A stretch of DNA of 64,000 bases. Source: Eledone cirrhosa (taxonomy: Eukaryota). The notes beneath the pieces were generated by a model. The model was not told where the DNA came from. It made no database searches and saw only the letters and a program-made list of their open reading frames with translations. The translations under genes and the position numbers were made by a program. Numbering within the stretch: the stretch's first letter is position 1; the number at the start of each line of letters is the position of its first letter. The DNA is taken from positions 34,224,001 to 34,288,000 of the forward strand of contig OZ024740.1 in the NCBI GenBank assembly GCA_964016885.1, read 5' to 3'. Below, in pieces: positions 13,824-26,490 of this stretch.

Positions 13824-16800
13824 CCCACCGACTCCTAGAACCTCAAGAAACTTCATTTTTGTCAAGTGTAGCCCCCAACTCCTACAACCTCAAGAAACTT
13901 TATTTTTGTCAAGTGTAGCCCCCATCTCCTAGAACCTCAAGAAACTTTATTTTTGTCAAGTGTAGCCCTCCAACTCCTAGAACCTCAAGAAACTTCATTT
14001 TTGTCAAGTGTAGCCCCCAACTCCTACAACCTCAAGAAACTTTATTTTTGTCAAGTGTAGCCCCCATCTCCTAGAACCTCAAGAAACTTTATTTTTGTCA
14101 AGTGTAGCCCACCGACTCCTAGAACCTCAAGAAACTTCATTTTTGTCAAGTGTAGCCCCCAACTCCTACAACCTCAAGAAACTTTATTTTTGTCAAGTGT
14201 AGCCCCCATCTCCTAGAACCTCAAGAAACTTCATTTTTGTCAAGTGTAGACCCCCATCTCCTAGAACCTCAAGAAACTTCATTTTTGTCAAGTGTAGCCC
14301 GCACCCCTACAACCTCAAGAAACTTCATTTTTGTCAAGTGTAGCCACCAACTCCTAGAACCCCAAGAAAGTTCATTTTTGTATAGTGTAGCAACACCCCC
14401 CGACTCCTAGAACCTCAAGAAACTTCATTTTTGTCAAGTGTAGCACCCAACCCCTAGAACCTCAAAAAACTTCATTTTTGTCAAGTGTAGCCTCCTCGGC
14501 TCCTAGAACCTCAAGAAGCTTCATTTTTGTCAAGTGTAGCCCCCCAACTCCTAGAACCTCAAGAAAAATCATTTTTGTCAAGTGTAGCACCCAACCCCTA
14601 GAACCTCAAAAAACTTCATTTTTGTCAAGTGTAGCCTCCTCGGCTCCTAGAACCTCAAGAAGCTTCATTTTTGTCAAGTGTAGCCCCAATTCCTAGAACC
14701 TCAAGAAACTTCATTTTTGTCAAGTGTAGCCCCCGACTCCTAGAACCTCAAGAAACATCATTTTTGTCAAGTGTAGCCCTCCAACTCCTATAACCTCAAG
14801 AAACTTCATTTTTCTCAAGTGTAGCCCCCAACTCCTAGAACCTCAAGAAACTTCACTTTTGTCAAGTGTAGCCCCCCAACTCCTAGAACATCAAGAAACT
14901 TCATTTTTCTCAAGTGTAGCCCCCAACTCCTAGAACCTCAAGAAACTTCATTTTTGTCAAGTGTAGCTCCCAACTCCTAGAACCTAAAGAAACTTCATTT
15001 TTGTCAAGTGTAGCCCCCAACTCCTAGAACCTCAAGAAACTTTATTTTTGTCAAGTGTAGCCCCCCATCTCCTAGAACCTCAAGAAACTTTATTTTTGTC
15101 AAGTTTAGCCCCCAACTCCTAGAACATCGAGAAACTTCATTTTTGTCAAGTGAAGCCCACAACTCCTAGAACCTCAAGAAACTTCACTTTTGTCAAGTGT
15201 AGCCACCCACCCCTACAACCTCAAGAAACTTTATTTTTGTCAAGTGTAGCCTCCGCCCCCGACTCCTAGAACCTCAAGAAACTTCATTTTTGTCAAGTGT
15301 AGCCTCCTCGGCTCCTAGAACCTCAAGAAGCTTCATTTTTGTAGAGTGTAGCCCCCCCAACTCCTAGAACCTCAAGAAACATCATTTTTGTCAAGTGTAG
15401 CCCTCCAACTCCTATAACCTCAAGAAACTTCATTTTTCTCAAGTGTAGCCCCCAACTCCTAGAACCTCAAGAAACTTCACTTTTGTCAAGTGTAGCCCCC
15501 CAACTCCTAGAACCTCAAGAAACTTCACCTTTGTCAAGTGTAGCTCCCAACTCCTAGAACCTAAAGAAACTTCATTTTTGTCAAGTGTAGCTCCCCGACT
15601 CCTAGAACCTCAAGAAACTTCATTTTTGGCAAGTGTAGCCCCCAACTCCTAGAACCTCAAGAAACTTCACTTTTGTCAAGTGTAGCCCCCCAACTCCTAG
15701 AACCTCAAGAAACTTCATTTTTGGCAAGTGTAGCCCCAACTCCTAGAACCTCAAGAAACTTCATTTTTGTCAAGTGTAGCCCCATCTCCTAGAACCTCAA
15801 GAAACTTTATTTTTGTCAAGTGTAGCCCACCGACTCCTCGAACCTCAAGAAACTTCATTTTTGTCAAGTGTAGCCCCCAACTCCTACAACCTCAAGAAAC
15901 TTTATTTTTGTCAAGTGTAGCCCCCATCTCCTAGAACCTCAAGAAACTTTATTTTTGTCAAGTGTAGCCCACCGACTCCTAGAACCTCAAGAAACTTCAT
16001 TTTTGTCAAGTGTAGCCCCCAACTCCTACAACCTCAAGAAACTTTATTTTTGTCAAGTGTAGCCCCCATCTCCTAGAACCTCAAGAAACTTCATTTTTGT
16101 CAAGTGTAGACCCCCATCTCCTAGAACCTCAAGAAACTTCATTTTTGTCAAGTGTAGCCCGCACCCCTACAACCTCAAGAAACTTCATTTCTGTCAAGTG
16201 TAGCTCCCAAATCCTAGAACCTCAAGAAACTTCATTTTTGTCAAGTGTAGCCCCCAAATCGTAGAACCTCAAGAAACTTCATTTTTGTCAAGTGTAGCCA
16301 CCAACTCCTAGAACCCCAAGAAAGTTCATTTTTGTATAGTGTAGCAACACCCCCCGACTCCTAGAACCTCAAGAAGCTTCATTTTTGTCAAGTGTAGCCC
16401 CCCAACTCCTAGAACCTCAAGAAAAATCATTTTTGTCAAGTGTAGCACCCAACCCCTAGAACCTCAAAAAACTTCATTTTTGTCAAGTGTAGCCTCCTCG
16501 GCTCCTAGAACCTCAAGAAGCTTCATTTTTGTCAAGTGTAGCCCCAATTCCTAGAACCTCAAGAAACTTCATTTTTGTCAAGTGTAGCCCCCCGACTCCT
16601 AGAACCTCAAGAAACATCATTTTTGTCAAGTGTAGCCCTCCAGCTCCTATAACCTCAAGAAACTTCATTTTTCTCAAGTGTAGCCCCCAACTCCTAGAAC
16701 CTCAAGAAACTTCACTTTTGTCAAGTGTAGCCCTCCAACTCCTAGAACCTCAAGAAACTTCATTTTTGTCAAGTGTAGCCCCCAACTCCTACAACCTCAA

Positions 16801-19800
16801 GAAACTTTATTTTTGTCAAGTGTAGCCCCCATCTCCTAGAACCTCAAGAAACTTTATTTTTGTCAAGTGTAGCCCACCGACTCCTAGAACCTCAAGAAAC
16901 TTCATTTTTGTCAAGTGTAGCCCCCAACTCCTACAACCTCAAGAAACTTTATTTTTGTCAAGTGTAGCCCCCATCTCCTAGAACCTCAAGAAACTTTATT
17001 TTTGTCAAGTGTAGCCCACCGACTCCTAGAACCTCAAGAAACTTCATTTTTGTCAAGTGTAGCCCCCAACTCCTACAACCTCAAGAAACTTTATTTTTGT
17101 CAAGTGTAGCCCCCATCTCCTAGAACCTCAAGAAACTTTATTTTTGTCAAGTGTAGCCCACCGACTCCTAGAACCTCAAGAAACTTCATTTTTGTCAAGT
17201 GTAGCCCCCAACTCCTACAACCTCAAGAAACTTTATTTTTGTCAAGTGTAGCCCCCATCTCCTAGAACCTCAAGAAACTTCATTTTTGTCAAGTGTAGAC
17301 CCCCATCTCCTAGAACCTCAACAAACTTCATTTTTGTCAAGTGTAGCCCGCACCCCTACAACCTCAAGAAACTTCATTTTTGTCAAGTGTAGCCACCAAC
17401 TCCTAGAACCCCAAGAAAGTTCATTTTTGTATAGTGTAGCAACACCCCCCGACTCCTAGAACCTCAAGAAACTTCATTTTTGTCAAGTGTAGCACCCAAC
17501 CCCTAGAACCTCAAAAAACTTCATTTTTGTCAAGTGTAGCCTCCTCGGCTCCTAGAACCTCAAGAAGCTTCATTTTTGTCAAGTGTAGCCCCCCAACTCC
17601 TAGAACCTCAAGAAAAATCATTTTTGTCAAGTGTAGCACCCAACCCCTAGAACCTCAAAAAACTTCATTTTTGTCAAGTGTAGCCTCCTCGGCTCCTAGA
17701 ACCTCAAGAAGCTTCATTTTTGTCAAGTGTAGCCCCAATTCCTAGAACCTCAAGAAACTTCATTTTTGTCAAGTGTAGCCCCCCGACTCCTAGAACCTCA
17801 AGAAACATCATTTTTGTCAAGTGTAGCCCTCCAACTCCTATAACCTCAAGAAACTTCATTTTTCTCAAGTGTAGCCCCCAACTCCTAGAACCTCAAGAAA
17901 CTTTATTTTTGTCAAGTTTAGCCCCCAACTCCTAGAACATCGAGAAACTTCATTTTTGTCAAGTGAAGCCCACAACTCCTAGAACATCAAGAAACTTCAT
18001 TTTTCTCAAGTGTAGCCTCCAACTTCTAGAACCTCAAGAAACTTCACTTTTGTCAAGGGTAGCTCCCAACTCCTAGAACCTAAAGAAACTTCATTTTTGT
18101 CAAGTGTAGCCCCCAACTCCTAGAACCTCAAGAAACTTTATTTTTGTCAAGTGTAGCCCCCCAACTCATAGAACCTCAAGAAACTTTATTTTTGTCAAGT
18201 TTAGCCCCCAACTCCTAGAACCTCAAGAAACTTTATTTTTGTCAAGTGTAGCCCCCCATCTCCTAGAACCTCAAGAAACTTTATTTTTGTCAAGTTTAGC
18301 CCCCAACTCCTAGAACATCGAGAAACTTCATTTTTGTCAAGTGAAGCCCACAACTCCTAGAACCTCAAGAAACTTCACTTTTGTCAAGTGTAGCCACCCA
18401 CCCCTACAACCTCAAGAAACTTTATTTTTGTCAAGTGTAGCCTCCGCCCCCGACTCCTAGAACCTCAAGAAACTTCATTTTTGTCAAGTGTAGCCTCCTC
18501 GGCTCCTAGAACCTCAAGAAGCTTCATTTTTGTAGAGTGTAGCCCCCCCAACTCCTAGAACCTCAAGAAACATCATTTTTGTCAAGTGTAGCCCTCCAAC
18601 TCCTATAACCTCAAGAAACTTCATTTTTCTCAAGTGTAGCCCCCAACTCCTAGAACCTCAAGAAACTTCACTTTTGTCAAGTGTAGCCCCCCAACTCCTA
18701 GAACCTCAAGAAACTTCACCTTTGTCAAGTGTAGCTCCCAACTCCTAGAACCTAAAGAAACTTCATTTTTGTCAAGTGTAGCTCCCCGACTCCTAGAACC
18801 TCAAGAAACTTCATTTTTGGCAAGTGTAGCCCCCAACTCCTAGAACCTCAAGAAACTTCACTTTTGTCAAGTGTAGCCCCCCAACTCCTAGAACCTCAAG
18901 AAACTTCATTTTTGGCAAGTGTAGCCCCAACTCCTAGAACCTCAAGAAACTTCATTTTTGTCAAGTGTAGCCCCATCTCCTAGAACCTCAAGAAACTTTA
19001 TTTTTGTCAAGTGTAGCCCACCGACTCCTAGAACCTCAAGAAACTTCATTTTTGTCAAGTGTAGCCCCCAACTCCTACAACCTCAAGAAACTTTATTTTT
19101 GTCAAGTGTAGCCCCCATCTCCTAGAACCTCAAGAAACTTTATTTTTGTCAAGTGTAGCCCACCGACTCCTAGAACCTCAAGAAACTTCATTTTTGTCAA
19201 GTGTAGCCCCCAACTCCTACAACCTCAAGAAACTTTATTTTTGTCAAGTGTAGCCCCCATCTCCTAGAACCTCAAGAAACTTCATTTTTGTCAAGTGTAG
19301 ACCCCCATCTCCTAGAACCTCAAGAAACTTCATTTTTGTCAAGTGTAGCCCGCACCCCTACAACCTCAAGAAACTTCATTTCTGTCAAGTGTAGCTCCCA
19401 AATCCTAGAACCTCAAGAAACTTCATTTTTGTCAAGTGTAGCCCCCAAATCGTAGAACCTCAAGAAACTTCATTTTTGTCAAGTGTAGCCACCAACTCCT
19501 AGAACCCCAAGAAAGTTCATTTTTGTATAGTGTAGCAACACCCCCCGACTCCTAGAACCTCAAGAAGCTTCATTTTTGTCAAGTGTAGCCCCCCAACTCC
19601 TAGAACCTCAAGAAAAATCATTATTGTCAAGTGTAGCACCCAACCCCTAGAACCTCAAAAAACTTCATTTTTGTCAAGTGTAGCCTCCTCGGCTCCTAGA
19701 ACCTCAAGAAGCTTCATTTTTGTCAAGTGTAGCCCCAATTCCTAGAACCTCAAGAAACTTCATTTTTGTCAAGTGTAGCCCTCCAGCTCCTATAACCTCA

Positions 19801-21900
19801 AGAAACTTCATTTTTCTCAAGTGTAGCCCTCCAACTCCTAGAACCTCAAGAAACTTCATTTTTGTCAAGTGTAGCCCCCAACTCCTACAACCTCAAGAAA
19901 CTTTATTTTTGTCAAGTGTAGCCCCCATCTCCTAGAACCTCAAGAAACTTTATTTTTGTCAAGTGTAGCCCACCGACTCCTAGAACCTCAAGAAACTTCA
20001 TTTTTGTCAAGTGTAGCACCCAACTCCTACAACCTCAAGAAACTTTATTTTTGTCAAGTGTAGCCCCCATCTCCTAGAACCTCAAGAAACTTTATTTTTG
20101 TCAAGTGTAGCCCACCGACTCCTAGAACCTCAAGAAACTTCATTTTTGTCAAGTGTAGCCCCCAACTCCTACAACCTCAAGAAACTTTATTTTTGTCAAG
20201 TGTAGCCCCCATCTCCTAGAACCTCAAGAAACTTTATTTTTGTCAAGTGTAGCCCACCGACTCCTAGAACCTCAAGAAACTTCATTTTTGTCAAGTGTAG
20301 CCCCCAACTCCTACAACCTCAAGAAACTTTATTTTTGTCAAGTGTAGCCCCCATCTCCTAGAACCTCAAGAAACTTCATTTTTGTCAAGTGTAGACCCCC
20401 ATCTCCTAGAACCTCAAGAAACTTCATTTTTGTCAAGTGTAGCCCGCACCCCTACAACCTCAAGAAACTTCATTTTTGTCAAGTGTAGCCACCAACTCCT
20501 AGAACCCCAAGAAAGTTCATTTTTGTATAGTGTAGCAACACCCCCCGACTCCTAGAACCTCAAGAAACTTCATTTTTGTCAAGTGTAGCACCCAACCCCT
20601 AGAACCTCAAAAAACTTCATTTTTGTCAAGTGTAGCCTCCTCGGCTCCTAGAACCTCAAGAAGCTTCATTTTTGTCAAGTGTAGCCCCCCAACTCCTAGA
20701 ACCTCAAGAAAAATCATTTTTGTCAAGTGTAGCACCCAACCCCTAGAACCTCAAAAAACTTCATTTTTGTCAAGTGTAGCCTCCTCGGCTCCTAGAACCT
20801 CAAGAAGCTTCATTTTTGTCAAGTGTAGCCCCAATTCCTAGAACCTCAAGAAACTTCATTTTTGTCAAGTGTAGCCCCCCGACTCCTAGAACCTCAAGAA
20901 ACATCATTTTTGTCAAGTGTAGCCCTCCAACTCCTATAACCTCAAGAAACTTCATTTTTCTCAAGTGTAGCCCCCAACTCCTAGAACCTCAAGAAACTTC
21001 ACTTTTGTCAAGTGTAGCCCCCCAACTCCTAGAACATCAAGAAACTTCATTTTTCTCAAGTGTAGCCCCCAACTCCTAGAACCTCAAGAAACTTCATTTT
21101 TGTCAAGTGTAGCTCCCAACTCCTAGAACCTAAAGAAACTTCATTTTTGTCAAGTGTAGCCCCCAACTCCTAGAACCTCAAGAAACTTTATTTTTGTCAA
21201 GTGTAGCCCCCCATCTCCTAGAACCTCAAGAAACTTTATTTTTGTCAAGTTTAGCCCCCAACTCCTAGAACATCGAGAAACTTCATTTTTGTCAAGTGAA
21301 GCCCACAACTCCTAGAACCTCAAGAAACTTCACTTTTGTCAAGTGTAGCCACCCACCCCTACAACCTCAAGAAACTTTATTTTTGTCAAGTGTAGCCTCC
21401 GCCCCCGACTCCTAGAACCTCAAGAAACTTCATTTTTGTCAAGTGTAGCCTCCTCGGCTCCTAGAACCTCAAGAAGCTTCATTTTTGTAGAGTGTAGCCC
21501 CCCCAACTCCTAGAACCTCAAGAAACATCATTTTTGTCAAGTGTAGCCCTCCAACTCCTATAACCTCAAGAAACTTCATTTTTCTCAAGTGTAGCCCCCA
21601 ACTCCTAGAACCTCAAGAAACTTCACTTTTGTCAAGTGTAGCCCCCCAACTCCTAGAACCTCAAGAAACTTCACCTTTGTCAAGTGTAGCTCCCAACTCC
21701 TAGAACCTAAAGAAACTTCATTTTTGTCAAGTGTAGCTCCCCGACTCCTAGAACCTCAAGAAACTTCATTTTTGGCAAGTGTAGCCCCCAACTCCTAGAA
21801 CCTCAAGAAACTTCACTTTTGTCAAGTGTAGCCCCCCAACTCCTAGAACCTCAAGAAACTTCATTTTTGGCAAGTGTAGCCCCAACTCCTAGAACCTCAA
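13338..21900 (+). repeat. Block of ~3.0-3.2-kb higher-order repeats (about 2.5-3 diverged copies)
   Basis: ORF offsets are 13338->16529->19720 (3191, 3191) and 14478->17527->20623 (3049, 3096). The GTGAAG marker runs 15152->18343 (3191)->21298 (2955). Confidence 0.85.
16765..17285 (+). repeat. 142-bp trimeric higher-order repeat (47+47+48), ~3.7 copies; similar runs at ~6540-7050, ~12390-12900, ~13570-14230 and ~19860-20380
   Basis: The CCTACAACC marker is at 16791, 16933, 17075 and 17217 (exact 142-bp spacing). The cyclic order is [C5..TACAA..TTTA][C5ATCT..TTTA][CCCACCGACT]. Confidence 0.93.
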
Positions 21901-21912
21901 GAAACTTCATTT

Positions 21913-24900
21913 TTGTCAAGTGTAGCCCCATCTCCTAGAACCTCAAGAAACTTCATTTTTGTCAAGTGTAGCCCTCCAACTCCTATAACCTCAAGAAACT
22001 TCATTTTTGTCAAGTGTAACCCCCGACTCCTAGAACCTCAAGAAACTTCATTTTTGTCAAGTGTAGCCCCAACTCCTAGAACCTCAAGAAACTTCATTTT
22101 TGTCAAGTGTAGACCCAATTCCTAGAACCTCAAAAAACTTCATTTTTGTCAAGTGTAGCCCCATCTCCTAGAACCTCAAGAAACTTCATTTTTGTCAAGT
22201 GTAGCCCCAATTCCTAGAACCCCAAGAAACTTCATTTTTGGCAAGTGTAGCCCCAACTCCTAGAACCTCAAGAAACTTCATTTTTGTCAAGTGTAGCGCC
22301 CCGACTCCTAGAACCTCAAGAAACATCATTTTTGTCAAGTGTAGCCCTCCAACTCCTATAACCTCAAGAAACTTCATTTTTCTCAAGTGTAGCCCCCAAC
22401 TCCTAGAACCTCAAGAAACTTCACTTTTGTCAAGTGTAGCCCCCCAACTCCTAGAACATCAAGAAACTTCATTTTTCTCAAGTGTAGCCCCCAACTCCTA
22501 GAACCTCAAGAAACTTCATTTTTGTCAAGTGTAGCCTCCAACTCCTAGAACCTCAAGAAACTTCACTTTTGTCAAGTGTAGCCCCCAACTCCTAGAACCT
22601 CAAGAAACTTTATTTTTGTCAAGTGTAGCCCCCCATCTCCTAGAACCTCAAGAAACTTTATTTTTGTCAAGTTTAGCCCCCAACTCCTAGAACATCGAGA
22701 AACTTCATTTTTGTCAAGTGAAGCCCACAACTCCTAGAACCTCAAGAAACTTCACTTTTGTCAAGTGTAGCCACCCACCCCTACAACCTCAAGAAACTTT
22801 ATTTTTGTCAAGTGTAGCCTCCGCCCCCGACTCCTAGAACCTCAAGAAACTTCATTTTTGTCAAGTGTAGCCTCCTCGGCTCCTAGAACCTCAAGAAGCT
22901 TCATTTTTGTAGAGTGTAGCCCCCCCAACTCCTAGAACCTCAAGAAACATCATTTTTGTCAAGTGTAGCCCTCCAACTCCTATAACCTCAAGAAACTTCA
23001 TTTTTCTCAAGTGTAGCCCCCAACTCCTAGAACCTCAAGAAACTTCACTTTTGTCAAGTGTAGCCCCCCAACTCCTAGAACCTCAAGAAACTTCACCTTT
23101 GTCAAGTGTAGCTCCCAACTCCTAGAACCTAAAGAAACTTCATTTTTGTCAAGTGTAGCTCCCCGACTCCTAGAACCTCAAGAAACTTCATTTTTGTCAA
23201 GTGTAGCCCCCCGACTCCTAGAACCTCAAGAAACATCATTTTTGTCAAGTGTAGCCCTCCAACTCCTAGAACCTCAAGAAACTTCATTTTTCTCAAGTGT
23301 AGCCCCCAACTCCTAGAACCTCAAGAAACTTCACTTTTGTCAAGTGTAGCCCCCCAACTCCTAGAACATCAAGAAACTTCATTTTTCTCAAGTGTAGCCC
23401 CCAACTCCTAGAACCTCAAGAAACTTCATTTTTGTCAAGTGTAGCTCCCAACTCCTAGAACCTAAAGAAACTTCATTTTTGTCAAGTGTAGCCCCCAACT
23501 CCTAGAACCTCAAGAAACTTTATTTTTGTCAAGTGTAGCCCCCCATCTCCTAGAACCTCAAGAAACTTTATTTTTGTCAAGTTTAGCCCCCAACTCCTAG
23601 AACATCGAGAAACTTCATTTTTGTCAAGTGAAGCCCACAACTCCTAGAACCTCAAGAAACTTCACTTTTGTCAAGTGTAGCCACCCACCCCTACAACCTC
23701 AAGAAACTTTATTTTTGTCAAGTGTAGCCTCCGCCCCCGACTCCTAGAACCTCAAGAAACTTCATTTTTGTCAAGTGTAGCCTCCTCGGCTCCTAGAACC
23801 TCAAGAAGCTTCATTTTTGTAGAGTGTAGCCCCCCCAACTCCTAGAACCTCAAGAAACATCATTTTTGTCAAGTGTAGCCCTCCAACTCCTATAACCTCA
23901 AGAAACTTCATTTTTCTCAAGTGTAGCCCCCAACTCCTAGAACCTCAAGAAACTTCACTTTTGTCAAGTGTAGCCCCCCAACTCCTAGAACCTCAAGAAA
24001 CTTCACCTTTGTCAAGTGTAGCTCCCAACTCCTAGAACCTAAAGAAACTTCATTTTTGTCAAGTGTAGCTCCCCGACTCCTAGAACCTCAAGAAACTTCA
24101 TTTTTGGCAAGTGTAGCCCCCAACTCCTAGAACCTCAAGAAACTTCACTTTTGTCAAGTGTAGCCCCCCAACTCCTAGAACCTCAAGAAACTTCATTTTT
24201 GGCAAGTGTAGCCCCAACTCCTAGAACCTCAAGAAACTTCATTTTTGTCAAGTGTAGCCCCATCTCCTAGAACCTCAAGAAACTTCATTTTTGTCAAGTG
24301 TAGCCCTCCAACTCCTATAACCTCAAGAAACTTCATTTTTGTCAAGTGTAACCCCCGACTCCTAGAACCTCAAGAAACTTCATTTTTGTCAAGTGTAGCC
24401 CCAACTCCTAGAACCTCAAGAAACTTCATTTTTGTCAAGTGTAGACCCAATTCCTAGAACCTCAAAAAACTTCATTTTTGTCAAGTGTAGCCCCATCTCC
24501 TAGAACCTCAAGAAACTTCATTTTTGTCAAGTGTAGCCCCAATTCCTAGAACCCCAAGAAACTTCATTTTTGGCAAGTGTAGCCCCAACTCCTAGAACCT
24601 CAAGAAACTTCATTTTTGTCAAGTGTAGCCCGCACCCCTACAACCTCAAGAAACTTCATTTTTGTCAAGTGTAGCCACCAACTCCTAGAACCCCAAGAAA
24701 GTTCATTTTTGTATAGTGTAGCAACACCCCCCGACTCCTAGAACCTCAAGAAACTTCATTTTTGTCAAGTGTAGCACCCAACCCCTAGAACCTCAAAAAA
24801 CTTCATTTTTGTCAAGTGTAGCCTCCTCGGCTCCTAGAACCTCAAGAAGCTTCATTTTTGTCAAGTGTAGCCCCAATTCCTATAACCTCAAGAAACTTCA

Positions 24901-26100
24901 TTTTTCTCAAGTGTAGCCCCCAACTCCTAGAACCTCAAGAAACTTCACTTTTGTCAAGTGTAGCCCCCCAACTCCTAGAACATCAAGAAACTTCATTTTT
25001 CTCAAGTGTAGCCCCCAACTCCTAGAACAACAAGAAACTTCATTTTTGTCAAGTGTAGCTCCCAACTCCTAGAACCTAAAGAAACTTCATTTTTGTCAAG
25101 TGTAGCTCCCAACTCCTAGAACCTAAAGAAACTTCATTTTTGTCAAGTGTAGCTCCCAACTCCTAGAACCTAAAGAAACTTCATTTTTGTCAAGTGTAGC
25201 CCCCCAACTCCTAGAACCTCAAGAAACTTCATTTTTGTCAAGTGTAGCTCCCAACTCCTAGAACCTAAAGAAACTTCATTTTTGTCAAGTGTAGCCCCCA
25301 ACTCCTAGAACCTCAAGAAACTTTATTTTTGTCAAGTGTAGCCCCCAACTCCTAGAACCTCAAGAAACTTCACCTTTGTCAAGTGTAGCTCCCAACTCCT
25401 AGAACCTAAAGAAACTTCATTTTTGTCAAGTGTAGCTCCCCGACTCCTAGAACCTCAAGAAACTTCATTTTTGGCAAGTGTAGCCCCATCTCCTAGAACC
25501 TCAAGAAACTTCCTTTTTGTCAAGTGTAGCCCCCAACTCCTAGAACCTCAAGAAACTTCACTTTTGTCAAGTGTAGCCCCCCAACTCCTAGAACCTCAAG
25601 AAACTTCATTTTTGGCAAGTGTAGCCCCATCTCCTAGAACCTCAAGAAACTTCATTTTTGTCAAGTGTAGCCCCATCTCCTAGAACCTCAAGAAACTTCA
25701 TTTTTGTCAAGTGTAGCCCCAACTCCTAGAACCTCAAGAAACTTCATTTTTGTCAAGTGTAGCCCCATCTCCTAGAACCTCAAGAAACTTTATTTTTGTC
25801 AAGTGTAGCCCTCCAACTCCTATAACCTCAAGAAACTTCATTTTTGTCAAGTGTAACCCCCGACTCCTAGAACCTCAAGAAACTTCATTTTTGTCAAGTG
25901 TAGCCCCAACTCCTAGAACCTCAAGAAACTTCATTTTTGTCAAGTGTAGACCCAATTCCTAGAACCTCAAAAAACTTCATTTTTGTCAAGTGTAGCCCCA
26001 TCTCCTAGAACCTCAAGAAACTTCATTTTTGTCAAGTGTAGCCCCAATTCCTAGAACCCCAAGAAACTTCATTTTTGGCAAGTGTAGCCCCAACTCCTAG
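21913..26100 (+). repeat. Triplicated block marked by the GTGTAACCCCCG variant
   Basis: An identical 70-aa ORF occurs at 21913, 24245 and 25750 (offsets 2332 and 1505). The GTGTAACCCC variant is at ~22014, ~24346 and ~25851. Confidence 0.85.
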
Positions 26101-26490
26101 AACTTCAAGAAACTTCATTTTTGTCAAGTGTAGCCCCAATTCCTAGAACCCCAAGAAACTTCATTTTTGGCAAGTGTAGCCCCAACTCCTAGAACTTCAA
26201 GAAACTTCATTTTTGTCAAGTGTAGCCCCAATTCCTAGAACCCCAAGAAACTTCATTTTTGGCAAGTGTAGCCCCAACTCCTAGAACTTCAAGAAACTTC
26301 ATTTTTGTCAAGTGTAGCCCCAATTCCTAGAACCCCAAGAAACTTCATTTTTGGCAAGTGTAGCCCCAACTCCTAGAACTTCAAGAAACTTCATTTTTGT
26401 CAAGTGTAGCCCCAATTCCTAGAACCCCAAGAAACTTCATTTTTGGCAAGTGTAGCCCCAACTCCTAGAACCCCAAGAAACTTCATTTTT
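26026..26490 (+). repeat. 92-bp dimeric higher-order repeat (46+46), 5 copies
   Basis: GCCCCAATTCCTAGAACCCCAAG starts at 26041, 26133, 26225, 26317 and 26409 (exact 92-bp spacing). Confidence 0.95.
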
